Shown piece by piece: positions 27,730 through 38,331 of a DNA stretch of 64,000 bases (position 1 is the first letter of the stretch; each line of letters opens with the position of its first letter). This DNA comes from Bdellovibrionales bacterium (lineage in GTDB: Bacteria > Bdellovibrionota > Bdellovibrionia > Bdellovibrionales > CAYMLA01), in contig OZ244239.1 of assembly GCA_965217115.1 (NCBI GenBank), forward strand, positions 582,392 to 646,391. Direction: 5' to 3'. The translations under genes and the position numbers were made by a program. A model generated the notes under the pieces. That model did not search any database, was not told the origin of the DNA, and was given only the letters and a program-made list of their open reading frames with translations.

Positions 27730-29556
27730 ATGGAAAAAAATCACACAGGTCTAAATTGGCTCATCGGTGCTGGTATTGTTGGAGCAGATATCGGAACATC
27801 CATTTTTTACTCTACAGGGTTACTTTACCCTATTGTTGGCTACCTCGCTCCACTGTGCATTATCTTTGTTTGCATAATGATGTGGGCCTTAAAGGCCACC
27901 TATGAGGAAGGGCTCGCATTGAGCCCTTATAACGGTGGAGCCTACTCCATGATTCTCAGAACCATCGGAAGGCGGGGAGCCGTTGTTGCTGGAGCACTGA
28001 CCTTTATCACTTATTTAGCGACAGCTGCTGTCAGTGCATTGTCTGGCGCTTTTTATATGTCCTCCCTCTTTAATATGAGCGCTTCCCAGGTTGTTCTTTA
28101 CTCATTTATTCCTATTATCCTCTTTGGACTGCTCAACTCAAGGGGCATTAAGGAACCTGCCAAGTTAGTCACAGGGGTGGCCATCTTTCACTTTGCCCTT
28201 CTCATCTTTATATCCCTATGGGGACTCAGCTACATTGCCACCCACGATATTGATTGGGAAAAGATGAGCCAAATCACTCCATCGGGGGAATTAAGTGTCG
28301 CCATGATATTCCATGGTATCGCAGCCGCTTTTCTTGGTATCTCTGGGTTTGAATCGGCAGCACAGATTGTCGAGGAACTCGAAGCCCCGATTAATAAAAC
28401 AGTTCGTTCTCTCTACAAAGCCGTTGTTATTCTCGTTTCCATCACAGCCCCTGTTATTTCATTTCTATGTTTAGCCATTCTCTCTGAATCAGAAATCAAT
28501 GGCAATCTGCAATCTCTCCTATCAGCTTTTGCCAACAAAATTGGCGGTTCAATCCTTGCCACCATTATCGTTATTGATGCCACCTTAACTCTCTTTGCTG
28601 CCGTCAATACTGCCTTTGTCGGCTTCATCGGCTTAGCAACAACCATGGCTAAACAAGGGAATTTACCACAAACTCTACTTACACGACTGGCCCACAAATT
28701 CCCATCCATCCAAGGATATCCATTTATTGCTATCCCTTTTATGCTTATTGCTATGACAATGTCAGCCCTTGTCATGGGAGAGGTCGACATTATTGCCAAA
28801 GTTTATGAGATGGCTTTTCTTGGAGTCATGGTCAGCTTTTGCCTAGGTGTTGTTCTCATGCGAAATAGACCTCTGCGCAGAGATACCCCCAAGCAGTATC
28901 TTTCAACAACTGTTATTAAAACCAAAAACCATGTTTATCCTCTCATACCCTTAATCTCAGGTATCATACTCGCTATTGCTAACTTGATGCTTATTCTTCA
29001 TTCGCCAAGTCGCGCTACAAATATGCTCATTGAATTCATTTCCATCGTTATCCTTATTATGGCCTACTACCGATGGGGAACTTTAGAGAAGAGATTAGAA
29101 AATCGTTCCGATTTGCGCCTAGGTTTGGGGAAGTTTTCCACCCAAATAGATCTTCCTGACAATTTACCAAAGTTTGTTCTCTGCACGGGTGGCTCTGGAG
29201 CTAGATCATTAATTAATGCTGGTATCCGATATTCCATGGATAAAATGAAAGGCCTGCCTTTTGAACTTATTATTTTTCACGCTGAACCTGAAAGAGATAA
29301 AAATGGTTTCACTGCTGAATTATTACAACGAGTCGCCTCCCAACAAATTGCCCCCATCTATCATCAAGATTTCATCCTAAGTGTTAAAGTTTTACCTGGA
29401 GATTTTCTCGAAGGCCTTATTCTTCTTAAAGAAAAAACTCATTTTGACACTTTACTCATTGGCGCAGGACGCAGCTACGAAGGCGCAAAAAGCTTTACTG
29501 AAGACCTAAAAAAAGAGCTTGAGATTGACGTTCATAATCTTGGAATTAGAGGGTAG
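27730..29556 (+). CDS. APC-superfamily amino acid/polyamine permease with cytoplasmic C-terminal domain
   Basis: About 12 predicted TM helices, a GADIGTSIFY N-terminal motif and a soluble tail of about 150 aa. Confidence 0.6.
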   Translation: MEKNHTGLNWLIGAGIVGADIGTSIFYSTGLLYPIVGYLAPLCIIFVCIMMWALKATYEEGLALSPYNGGAYSMILRTIGRRGAVVAGALTFITYLATAAVSALSGAFYMSSLFNMSASQVVLYSFIPIILFGLLNSRGIKEPAKLVTGVAIFHFALLIFISLWGLSYIATHDIDWEKMSQITPSGELSVAMIFHGIAAAFLGISGFESAAQIVEELEAPINKTVRSLYKAVVILVSITAPVISFLCLAILSESEINGNLQSLLSAFANKIGGSILATIIVIDATLTLFAAVNTAFVGFIGLATTMAKQGNLPQTLLTRLAHKFPSIQGYPFIAIPFMLIAMTMSALVMGEVDIIAKVYEMAFLGVMVSFCLGVVLMRNRPLRRDTPKQYLSTTVIKTKNHVYPLIPLISGIILAIANLMLILHSPSRATNMLIEFISIVILIMAYYRWGTLEKRLENRSDLRLGLGKFSTQIDLPDNLPKFVLCTGGSGARSLINAGIRYSMDKMKGLPFELIIFHAEPERDKNGFTAELLQRVASQQIAPIYHQDFILSVKVLPGDFLEGLILLKEKTHFDTLLIGAGRSYEGAKSFTEDLKKELEIDVHNLGIRG

Positions 29557-29564
29557 CTTTCTAT

Positions 29565-30734
29565 ATGCGAGAGAAAAACCAAACACCTCAATTTAACTCC
29601 TACTCTCCCAACCTCAAAATTGGTTTTCTTGGCGGCGGGCAACTTGCCAGAATGCTCTGTCTTGAGGCCCATAGCCTTGGTCTTGAAAGTCACGTTCTAA
29701 GCTCTAACTCCAGTGACCCTGCTGCCCAGGTCTGTAACCAATGGCACAAAGGAGAAATTAATAGTGTTCAGAGTTTAAAGAGCTTCTTTAAATCCGTTTC
29801 CCTTGTTACGTTTGAAAGTGAATTCATTGATCCCCATATTATCCAAAAAGCTCTCGATAACATCCAAAAACCTCTCATCTATCCAACACTCGACACCATG
29901 GCTCTCTGCCAAGATCGGCTCCCGCAGAAAGAACTCTTCCAAAAACATTCTCTTGCAACTTCCCCTTTTATGTCCGTTGACACAAAAGAAGATCTTGAAC
30001 TAGCTGTCTCAAAATTAAAATTTCCCCTTGTTTTAAAAAAACGTTACGGAGGTTATGACGGCTATGGAACCTTTATCTTAAAAAACCAGTCTGACATTAA
30101 AAAATTTCAACCACTTATAAAGAAAGAGCCTCGAGGCTTTATTGCTGAACAGTTTATTTCCTTTAAAAAAGAAGTGGCTCTTGTCGTTGCACGCAATAAG
30201 CAAGGTCAGTGTGTTAAATTCCCCTGGGTTGAAACACATCAGGAGAACTCTCGATGTCTCTGGGTCAAGGGACCCATCTCACCTGTAGGATACCGGAAAA
30301 TAGAATCCCGTATCAATAAAATATTATCTCAATTGAATTATGTAGGCGTTATGGGCCTTGAATTTTTTATTGATAAAAAAAACGACCTTATCATCAATGA
30401 GATTGCTCCAAGGGTACATAACTCCGCACATTATTCTCAAAACGCAATGGATGTAAATCAATTTCAACTGCATCTAAAGGCGGTACTTGGTTTTAAACTT
30501 TCTACCCCTGTTTTGCAAACGCCAGGGTTTGCTATGTTAAATCTTATCGGTACAGAAAAAAATAAAAAAAAGAAGCTCCCACAATGGGACCTTCCTCCTA
30601 ATATACATCCTCATTGGTACCGCAAAGATCAAAATCGACCAAATCGTAAAATGGGGCATTTAAATGCTCTAGGAAAAACCCCACAAAGAGCTTTAAATTA
30701 TTTACTCAAACATAAAAAGGAATTTGATTTATGA
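29565..30734 (+). CDS. purK: N5-carboxyaminoimidazole ribonucleotide synthase
   Basis: ATP-grasp fold; [13 protein letters not shown]; translationally coupled (ATGA) to purE. Confidence 0.88.
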   Translation: MREKNQTPQFNSYSPNLKIGFLGGGQLARMLCLEAHSLGLESHVLSSNSSDPAAQVCNQWHKGEINSVQSLKSFFKSVSLVTFESEFIDPHIIQKALDNIQKPLIYPTLDTMALCQDRLPQKELFQKHSLATSPFMSVDTKEDLELAVSKLKFPLVLKKRYGGYDGYGTFILKNQSDIKKFQPLIKKEPRGFIAEQFISFKKEVALVVARNKQGQCVKFPWVETHQENSRCLWVKGPISPVGYRKIESRINKILSQLNYVGVMGLEFFIDKKNDLIINEIAPRVHNSAHYSQNAMDVNQFQLHLKAVLGFKLSTPVLQTPGFAMLNLIGTEKNKKKKLPQWDLPPNIHPHWYRKDQNRPNRKMGHLNALGKTPQRALNYLLKHKKEFDL

Positions 30735-31231
30735 AAATCACAAACAAAACTCCCCATGTCGCCATTATTATGGGCAGTGACTCTGATCTTCCCGTAATGT
30801 CCTCAGCTAAGGATGTTTTAGATTCTTTCTCTATTTACTATGAAGTCAAAATTGTCTCTGCCCACAGGACTCCAAAGGCAATGATAAAATATGCTGAACA
30901 GGCAGCTAAAAGAGGAGTTAAAATCATTATTGCTGGAGCTGGTGGAGCGGCACATCTGCCAGGCATGGTGGCTTCATTAACAACTCTGCCTGTTATAGGA
31001 GTTCCAATACAAGTTGGCAAACTAGAAGGGCTTGATGCTTTATTGTCCATCGCACAAATGCCAAAAGGCATTCCTGTTGCGACAATGGCTGTAGATAATT
31101 CCTACAATGCAGGACTTTTGGCTATAAGAATTCTAGCTCTTAACAGTAAAAGGTTACAAGCTAAGATCATCGACTTTAATCAATCACAAAAAAACAAAGT
31201 CACTCTAGCAAATAAGAGCCTTAAAAAGTAA
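30731..31231 (+). CDS. purE: N5-carboxyaminoimidazole ribonucleotide mutase
   Basis: [18 protein letters not shown] and [13 protein letters not shown] motifs. Confidence 0.95.
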   Translation: MKITNKTPHVAIIMGSDSDLPVMSSAKDVLDSFSIYYEVKIVSAHRTPKAMIKYAEQAAKRGVKIIIAGAGGAAHLPGMVASLTTLPVIGVPIQVGKLEGLDALLSIAQMPKGIPVATMAVDNSYNAGLLAIRILALNSKRLQAKIIDFNQSQKNKVTLANKSLKK

Positions 31232-31364
31232 TCCTTCCCGAAAATACCACAACTTATTACTCAAATAGCCCCTTCAAATACCCGATAAGTCTCATAACAG
31301 AACACAGGGGTTTGAGTGTGCTTAAGGGTTTCATCATTAATCATTTTATCAAGGCGAGGTCTCT

Positions 31365-31748
31365 ATGAAAAAGGGGCTTAAGGTTCTTCTCGCCGAAGAT
31401 GACCAGAATATTTTTGAAATTCTCTCCCTCTCTCTAAATCATATAGGAGGACACAGTGTTAGCAAGGCCAGTAACGGCGAACAAGCATTATCAATGGCTC
31501 TCAGTGAAAATTTTGACCTTCTCCTCCTAGATGGAATGATGCCAAAAAAAGATGGCGTCACTGTCTGTCGCGAGTACATTGCACAAAAGAAAAATCCTGC
31601 TCCTGTTATTTTTCTCAGTGCTAGATCCTCTCAGCAAGATATCCAATTAGGACTAGAGTCTGGGGCTATTGGTTACATTGCCAAGCCCTTTGACCCCACA
31701 ACCATTTGTCAGGATATCTCCAACATCCTCTCCAAGCCACGGTTGTAG
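31365..31748 (+). CDS. Single-domain response regulator (CheY-like receiver)
   Basis: VLLAEDD, the LLLDGMMP phospho-acceptor Asp region and the YIAKPF Lys. Confidence 0.88.
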   Translation: MKKGLKVLLAEDDQNIFEILSLSLNHIGGHSVSKASNGEQALSMALSENFDLLLLDGMMPKKDGVTVCREYIAQKKNPAPVIFLSARSSQQDIQLGLESGAIGYIAKPFDPTTICQDISNILSKPRL

Positions 31749-31750
31749 CC

Positions 31751-33103
31751 ATGAAGTATCAACCTATTCGCCGAAAAATATCCTTTATCGCTTTTATCTT
31801 CTCTAGTATTATGTTGGGCTTTGGTTTTCTCTCTCTTCAAGTACTCAAAGGTAACCAATATTTACGTCAATCACTGCTCTATAGCTACTCATTAGAAGCA
31901 CACGTCAAAGCAGCTCAACACTATAAGTACAGCAAAAAACAATATGCAACCCTACAAAATATTCGTAAAAATCTCATCGATAATACCAGAATTGGTCTTC
32001 TTAGTGACGTTGTTCAATCTTTTTCTGCCGAGGACAAATCTCAACTACAGAAACGCATTCGAAAATTCTCTCAATATGAAACTCGTTACCGTCATCAACT
32101 AAGTGTTAAACTATCAGGTAGTGAAAAACATCTAGAGGAAATTATTGTAAGTCTTATTACTTTCTTTACATTGATGATTGCTCTTCTTCCTATTTTTCTA
32201 TCAAGGCAAGTTTTCTCTCCTATGAAAAAATTAGCACAGAGAATGTCTGATTTTATCTATAGTAAATACACTTATCAAATGACTCCGCCTGACAGAACAG
32301 AAATTGGTCAGCTCCATGCAACTTTTAATTCTCTAGCCGAACGAGTCGTTAATAACGTGAACAAACTCAAAGCCCTTGATGAAGCCAAAACAGATTTTCT
32401 TAACATTGCCAGCCATGAACTACGCACGCCTATGACCTCTATCAAAGGGTCCTTAAGCCTGTTGTCTAAAGGAATCGTTGGACAATTAGACAGTAAGGCT
32501 CAAAATTTAATTAATATCGCTGAAGGTGAATCCGATCGTCTTATTCGCTTGATCAATGACATTCTTGATCTTGCAAAGTTGGAAGCGAATCAATCATCTA
32601 TAAAACCTGAATGGGTGAATACCCATTCTTTCGTAGATAGAACAATCAAAGGACTTACAGGACTCTCCCAACAAGCCTCTGTTGATGTTATTATCAACGA
32701 TCAATTTTCTAAAAACATAGAAGCCTATGTAGATGAAGATCGTGTCATTCAAGTTCTCACAAACTTTCTATCTAATGCAATTAAGTATACGGAAAAAGGA
32801 TGCACTGTGAGGGTTCATTGCCATATAGTGGATCAATCCCTACGCATTGATGTCGTCGATGAAGGACCTGGAATCGCCTTTGAAGACCAAGAAAAAGTAT
32901 TTGATAAATTTCGTCAAATCTCTGGTCCAAATAACCCATTGGTAAAAGGAACTGGTCTTGGATTAGCCATCGCTAAAGCCATTGTAGAAGATCACAATGG
33001 AACCCTTGGACTTCACTCTTCACCAGGAAGAGGAAGCACGTTTTATTTCACTATTCCAAAATGGCGTAAACAATTACAAACAACTAAGAAGACAGCCGCA
33101 TGA
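31751..33103 (+). CDS. Membrane sensor histidine kinase
   Basis: Two TM segments, H-box FLNIASHELRTP, and N/G boxes (LSNAIKYT, DEGPGI, GTGLGLAI). Start taken at ATG 31751, just after the RR stop. Confidence 0.88.
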   Translation: MKYQPIRRKISFIAFIFSSIMLGFGFLSLQVLKGNQYLRQSLLYSYSLEAHVKAAQHYKYSKKQYATLQNIRKNLIDNTRIGLLSDVVQSFSAEDKSQLQKRIRKFSQYETRYRHQLSVKLSGSEKHLEEIIVSLITFFTLMIALLPIFLSRQVFSPMKKLAQRMSDFIYSKYTYQMTPPDRTEIGQLHATFNSLAERVVNNVNKLKALDEAKTDFLNIASHELRTPMTSIKGSLSLLSKGIVGQLDSKAQNLINIAEGESDRLIRLINDILDLAKLEANQSSIKPEWVNTHSFVDRTIKGLTGLSQQASVDVIINDQFSKNIEAYVDEDRVIQVLTNFLSNAIKYTEKGCTVRVHCHIVDQSLRIDVVDEGPGIAFEDQEKVFDKFRQISGPNNPLVKGTGLGLAIAKAIVEDHNGTLGLHSSPGRGSTFYFTIPKWRKQLQTTKKTAA

Positions 33104-33459
33104 ATTCAAGTCATCCCATGAAACAACTACAAGAAGACTACCTTAAATCTCTCCCTGAAAAAATAGTTCAACTTCAACACGCAAAAATGAATAAAGACTG
33201 GGAAGTTCTCCAAAATGACTTTCACAAGTTAAAGGGCTCTGGAAAAACATACGGCTTTCCACAAATTACAGATATTGCCCAGATTGTCGAACAAATACTT
33301 GAATTAGAAAAAAACCCCGATAAGCTTTCAGTGATTTCTCAAAAAGGCATAGAACTCTTAGACAAGATTGCTAAGAATGATGTCGGTTTTGACCTTGTAT
33401 CCGATGTTGAGTTTCAAGAATTACTTAAGTTTTATGAAGAACTTTCATCAAATAAATAA
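33100..33459 (+). CDS. Hpt (histidine phosphotransfer) domain protein
   Basis: HKLKGSGKTYGF (HxxKG) motif; overlaps the HK stop by ATGA. Confidence 0.75.
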   Translation: MNSSHPMKQLQEDYLKSLPEKIVQLQHAKMNKDWEVLQNDFHKLKGSGKTYGFPQITDIAQIVEQILELEKNPDKLSVISQKGIELLDKIAKNDVGFDLVSDVEFQELLKFYEELSSNK

Positions 33460-33476
33460 AAAACCACCACCGACGA

Positions 33477-34637
33477 TCAAGCGAACTGCAGAGTTCCTGT
33501 GTAGTGATTCCACTGAGCATAGGCAAGTTTGTACTCACTCTTCGCCTCTTTAAGCTTGGACTTCATCAAGGCAATACGTTCACGACCTTGCTCTGTCTTT
33601 AATTTTTTTAAACTCTGATACTCTTCTCTATACTTGCTCTTAACTTTTTGCCAATCTATATAGGCTCTCTCTACTCTTTCCTTCATTTGCTCAACAATCT
33701 CATCCATATCAAAATTTTCTATTTTACTCTCTAATTTCTTCTTCTGCATCGCCATTCTGGCTTGTAATATCTTAATCTGAGAAGTTCGTCTTAATTTCTT
33801 CGCTCCTCCTAAGAAGGCGATAAAAGCAATGAACCATTTTGTTGGATCATAATCATACCAACGAATCCCATTGCGATAATCATTGTGAAATAAATGGTGA
33901 AAATTATGATAGCCCTCTCCATAGGTAAATAAAGCTAAGAAAGCGCTATCTTTGGATGAGTTCTCATCCGTGTAGGTTTGTTTTCCCCACCAATGACAAG
34001 CTGAATTAATAAAAAACGTAAAATGATGAACCACAACAATCCTCAAAAACCCTGCTAAAGCAAATCCACCAAAAGCAGAACCTAGCATCCACCCAAGCAG
34101 CGTCGGCAACACCCCACCGACGGCTAAACCAATCAAAGGATAATACTTATCTTGCCAAATAATCAGTTTATTACTCGCCAAATCTCTATTATAACGAGAA
34201 AAATCCTTGGGGTTTCCACTCTTGCAAATCCACCCCATGTGGGCATACCAAAAACCCTCTTTGATATTGTATGGGTCATCCTCGTCATCAACATAACGAT
34301 GATGAATTCGATGGTCCGTACACCACTTTAAAGCCGAGTTTTGAAATGCCGCTGCACCAAAAATAAGATACAAAAACTCTATAATCGGATGAACTTCGTA
34401 ACATTTATGGGAGAAGAGACGATGATAACCCGCCGTGATCGCTATCCCCGTCACAAAATAAAAGAAGACAAATAATCCAATAATACCATAATTTATTTCT
34501 TCCATAACGAAATAAGCCACCGTTACAACAACAGCCACTATTGGACAGAGCACCATAAATGAAGTATTCACCCAGTCCCACTTTGCGTTCACTCTCCAAT
34601 CAGAGTTTTGTTTGATATTCTCTGGTAATCTTCCCAA
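33477..34637 (-). CDS. Acyl-CoA (delta-9 type) fatty acid desaturase
   Basis: His boxes HRLFSH, HRIHHRY and HNFHHLF; 4 TM segments; a K/E-rich helical C-terminal tail. Confidence 0.88.
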   Translation of the reverse strand: MGRLPENIKQNSDWRVNAKWDWVNTSFMVLCPIVAVVVTVAYFVMEEINYGIIGLFVFFYFVTGIAITAGYHRLFSHKCYEVHPIIEFLYLIFGAAAFQNSALKWCTDHRIHHRYVDDEDDPYNIKEGFWYAHMGWICKSGNPKDFSRYNRDLASNKLIIWQDKYYPLIGLAVGGVLPTLLGWMLGSAFGGFALAGFLRIVVVHHFTFFINSACHWWGKQTYTDENSSKDSAFLALFTYGEGYHNFHHLFHNDYRNGIRWYDYDPTKWFIAFIAFLGGAKKLRRTSQIKILQARMAMQKKKLESKIENFDMDEIVEQMKERVERAYIDWQKVKSKYREEYQSLKKLKTEQGRERIALMKSKLKEAKSEYKLAYAQWNHYTGTLQFA

Positions 34638-34704
34638 AAAAAACTTCCTTTACTATTAAACGATAACAAGCTAATCACTTAAAAAATTTTACCTAAATCT
34701 CCAT

Positions 34705-35904
34705 TCAAGTACAAACAATACGTGTACGCACACTCACTTGCAATTTTGATATGGCCTCTCTTAACCCATTAATATCAGATTTTTCAACATCCATCACTAA
34801 ATAACCAATTTGGTCATCAGTCCCCAAGGACTGTGCGCGAATATTTGCACCCAATTCAGAAACAATACCATTAATCTCCCTTAAAACTCCAGGAACGTTT
34901 TTATGAACATTCAACAATCGTAGAGAATCCGGCGCTTGAGGTGTTTCTATCTGAGGAAAATTCACTGCCCCGAGTGTACTTCCTCGATGTAAAAAACGCC
35001 TCAAACTCTCGGCCACTTCACGACCTATGGCTTCCTGAGCCTCTTCTGTGCTACCGCCTATGTGAGGAGTCAAAATAACGTTAGGAACACCCTGAAGTGT
35101 ATTCTGAAATTTCTCTTTATTACTCTTAGGTTCTTCTGGATAAACATCGATGGCAGCCCCCGACAAACGTCCACCCATCAAAGACTCTTTTAAGACCTCT
35201 AGATCAACCACTGTTCCTCGGCTTGCGTTAATAAGATACGCCCCTTTTTTCATTTCTTTTAACTGATCTCTACCTATCATTCTTTTTGTTTGCGGAGTTT
35301 CAGGAACGTGTAACGTCACAAAATCAGCCTGTTGGAGAAGCTCATTCAAGCTCTCTACACACCGGGAATTTCCTAAGGGAAGTTTCTTTATCACATCATA
35401 GAACAGGACGTTTAAGCCTAGAGATTCAGCCAAAACACTCACCTGACTCCCTATATGACCGTAGCCAACAATTCCTAAAGTTTTACCACGCACTTCTTTA
35501 GAACCATGGGCCGATTTGCTCCACTCTCCCCGATGACTCTTCATGCTCCGATCAAAGAGCTGCCTCGACAAGGCAATCATTTCTGAAATCACCAACTCAG
35601 CCACACTCCTTGTGTTGCTATAAGGTGCATTAAAAACAGGTATTCCTAAACGATTTGCTATCTTTAGATCCACCTGATTCGTCCCGATACAAAAAGTCCC
35701 CAGAGCATGGAGGTGGGGAGAGGCCTCTAACACCTTCCCTGTAACCTGAGTTTTTGAACGAATTCCTAAAACCTGAAAGCTTGAAAGTTTCTCAATTAAA
35801 TTATCATCAGATAGGGCTGTCGGTAAAAGTTCCGTCTCCCAACCCCAACTCTCCATTTTCTCTTTGGCTACAGAATGGATTCCCTCCAGAAGCAGAACTT
35901 TCAA
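34705..35904 (-). CDS. serA: D-3-phosphoglycerate dehydrogenase with C-terminal ACT domain
   Basis: 2-hydroxyacid dehydrogenase motifs GIVGYGHIG and ...NASRG..VD; an ACT-like tail; a TTG start with an RBS. Confidence 0.85.
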   Translation of the reverse strand: MKVLLLEGIHSVAKEKMESWGWETELLPTALSDDNLIEKLSSFQVLGIRSKTQVTGKVLEASPHLHALGTFCIGTNQVDLKIANRLGIPVFNAPYSNTRSVAELVISEMIALSRQLFDRSMKSHRGEWSKSAHGSKEVRGKTLGIVGYGHIGSQVSVLAESLGLNVLFYDVIKKLPLGNSRCVESLNELLQQADFVTLHVPETPQTKRMIGRDQLKEMKKGAYLINASRGTVVDLEVLKESLMGGRLSGAAIDVYPEEPKSNKEKFQNTLQGVPNVILTPHIGGSTEEAQEAIGREVAESLRRFLHRGSTLGAVNFPQIETPQAPDSLRLLNVHKNVPGVLREINGIVSELGANIRAQSLGTDDQIGYLVMDVEKSDINGLREAISKLQVSVRTRIVCT

Positions 35905-36010
35905 ATCATCTCCCTTTCCATTAAAAAATTCTTCTAAAAATTAGCAAAGTCCATGGAAATAAGTTAGCATTAATTCTTTATTTGTAACCATTTATTTTTC
36001 CGAGGTTTTT

Positions 36011-37357
36011 TTGGCCTTTAATCTACTCATTGTAGATGATGATCCTCTTGTGCAACAATCCATAGATATGATTGTCAAAGACCCGTGGAAGTTCCATGGG
36101 GCCTCCTGTTTAAAATCTATTCCTTCAGGAACCACTCTTCACGCCGCCTTTGTCGATATGCACTTGAGTGATGATCTGGAACAAACGGAGGGCCTACAAG
36201 TCCTATCTGCTTTGAGAAAAACCCACCCTCATATAGAGCTTATTGCCATCTCTGGAGATCTTAATCAAAAGCTCATGGAAAACGGATTAAAATGCGGTGC
36301 TTCTAAATTTCTGGCAAAACCCCTCAGCCCAGAAGAAGTTCTTCTCACATTAGAAAAAATCGAAGCTCATTATTTGCTGCAAAACACCATTTCGCAGAAT
36401 TTTCTTCATTATAAACACTCACACGCTGTGTGGATTGGCTCCAGTGCTTCTTCGCTGAAAATTCGCCATCAAGTGTCACAACTCAAGGGAGAGACAGCGC
36501 CCATTCTTATTCACGGAGAAACAGGAACTGGTAAAGAAGTTGTCTCACAAATGTTAGGCACTCAAGAGTCAGGACCTTTTATTCAAGTTAATATCGCCTC
36601 CTTGCCAGAGAACCTTTTTGAAAGTGAGATCTTTGGCCATATCAAGGGATCATTTACTGGTGCCAATCAAAATAAAATTGGCCTTGCCGAAGCCGCTCAC
36701 AACGGAACTTTACTTCTTGATGAGATCGAAGCCCTGCCGACACATCTGCAAGTAAAACTTCTACGCTTTCTCGAATCAGGTGAAATAAAAAGAATTGGTA
36801 GCACCACTGCAATACATCTCAACGTGCGAGTGATTACCACCACCAACGAAAATTTAGACAGCAAGGTCAGTGATGGAAGCTTCCGCGAAGACCTCCTGTG
36901 GAGAATAAAAAGTCATCTCATAGAACTCCCACCATTGAGAGATAGAAAAGAAGATATCAAGGAGCTTGCCCAATATTTTCTCAAAAAAGAACGGCCCCAT
37001 CGCAATAAGAGCTTCACCGAAGAAGGTATTGAGTCTCTACAAGATCACCCGTGGCCAGGGAATGTTCGCGAACTCAAGCGCGTCTGTGAACAACTCAGTC
37101 TCCACTCACCTCTACCCATTATACGAGAAGAAGATATTAAGCATCTTTTACAACCTTCTCCTAATCATCAAGACCTTCCTAAATGGGAACAACTGGATTT
37201 CAGCAAAGGCCTTTCCCATTTAGTCAATCAATACGAAGCAAAACTGATTAGAATTACGATGCAACAAGATAAAAACATCGATAATGTCACTAAAAAATTG
37301 CAAATCTCCCGCTCTAGCCTTTATAAAAAGTTAAAGGATTATGATATTAGTAAATAA
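36011..37357 (+). CDS. Sigma-54-dependent response regulator (NtrC-family enhancer-binding protein)
   Basis: Receiver domain (VDDD...VDMHL...KPL), AAA+ GETGTGKE, the GSFTGA sigma-54 contact loop, ELPPLRDR, and a C-terminal Fis-type HTH. TTG start after GAGG. Confidence 0.88.
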   Translation: MAFNLLIVDDDPLVQQSIDMIVKDPWKFHGASCLKSIPSGTTLHAAFVDMHLSDDLEQTEGLQVLSALRKTHPHIELIAISGDLNQKLMENGLKCGASKFLAKPLSPEEVLLTLEKIEAHYLLQNTISQNFLHYKHSHAVWIGSSASSLKIRHQVSQLKGETAPILIHGETGTGKEVVSQMLGTQESGPFIQVNIASLPENLFESEIFGHIKGSFTGANQNKIGLAEAAHNGTLLLDEIEALPTHLQVKLLRFLESGEIKRIGSTTAIHLNVRVITTTNENLDSKVSDGSFREDLLWRIKSHLIELPPLRDRKEDIKELAQYFLKKERPHRNKSFTEEGIESLQDHPWPGNVRELKRVCEQLSLHSPLPIIREEDIKHLLQPSPNHQDLPKWEQLDFSKGLSHLVNQYEAKLIRITMQQDKNIDNVTKKLQISRSSLYKKLKDYDISK

Positions 37358-37371
37358 CTAAGGTAATAATT

Positions 37372-38304
37372 ATGATGACTGAATTTATTTCGCAAAGCTT
37401 TTGGCAAGACCCGCTCTACAGACAGATTTTTATCATTGCTCTCTCATCTTTATTTATTACTAGTGTCCCTGTTTATTTTTTTCGGCAAAGAAATCACTAT
37501 TTAAAAATGGCTTGGTGGAGTGTCAAGAGTTGGCTCTTAGCCGCGCCTATTATGTTATTTGTTTTAGGCGCTCCTAAACCATGGCCCCTTGTTTTTCTCA
37601 CTATCACTGCCATCTTTGGAACTAAAGCATTCTTTAAAATTATGGGCATCTATCACAAAACACCTTTTGTGATCACTTCTTATTTAGGTATTATTGCCCT
37701 TGCATTCGCCACTCATTTCGAGCGCACGGACCTTTATAATCTTATACCTATGGTTGTACTCGGAGTTTTATGTTTCATTCCTATTTTTCTTAATTCCTAT
37801 AAAAGCATGGTTCAATATATAGCTCTGACACTCATGGCATTTATCTTTCTGGGTTGGTCCTTTATGCACTTGGGACTTATTCTTAATTTAGAGAATGGTC
37901 TTTATCAGCTACTCTATCTTATTCTTCTCACTGAATTCTGTGACAATACAAACCTGGCGATGGCACGTTATTTCTCTAAACCTAAGCGTCTTGATCAAGT
38001 CATGATTAGAAGGACCTACGGTAGCACTCTCTTTTCAGCCGTTCTCACCTTGGCATTGGCCTTTGCCATGCGACATCTTCTCCCTGTTAGTTCAGAAATC
38101 TTCTGGCTTACGGCCGGGCTTGTCTCTTCTCTTGCTGGTAGTTTTGGGGATATTATTTTAAACGTTGTTCGACGTGACATTGGTATCAAAGTCGTTGGAG
38201 CCTTTGTTCTCGGTCGAGGAGATTTTTTAAGCCGCATTGACCGTCTTATTTTCGTTGCACCTATTTATTATTATCTCATGATCTATCTCCATAAAATAAT
38301 TTAA
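37372..38304 (+). CDS. Divergent CdsA-family (CTP_transf_1) integral membrane protein
   Basis: About 8 TM segments. The C-terminal GSFGD...RRDIGIK..G....GRGDFLSRIDR parallels the CdsA signature S..KR..G.KD.G...PGHGG..DR.D, but key residues differ. Confidence 0.45.
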   Translation: MMTEFISQSFWQDPLYRQIFIIALSSLFITSVPVYFFRQRNHYLKMAWWSVKSWLLAAPIMLFVLGAPKPWPLVFLTITAIFGTKAFFKIMGIYHKTPFVITSYLGIIALAFATHFERTDLYNLIPMVVLGVLCFIPIFLNSYKSMVQYIALTLMAFIFLGWSFMHLGLILNLENGLYQLLYLILLTEFCDNTNLAMARYFSKPKRLDQVMIRRTYGSTLFSAVLTLALAFAMRHLLPVSSEIFWLTAGLVSSLAGSFGDIILNVVRRDIGIKVVGAFVLGRGDFLSRIDRLIFVAPIYYYLMIYLHKII

Positions 38305-38331
38305 AGGACTTACTTTAGAAGGACTCTAGTT

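Noticed and set aside
35954-35969. Weak sigma-54-like TGGAAA-N5-TAGCA upstream of the EBP gene
   Set aside because: Only the GG/GC spacing fits, and both boxes are otherwise poor. Matches of this quality are expected by chance in AT-rich DNA.
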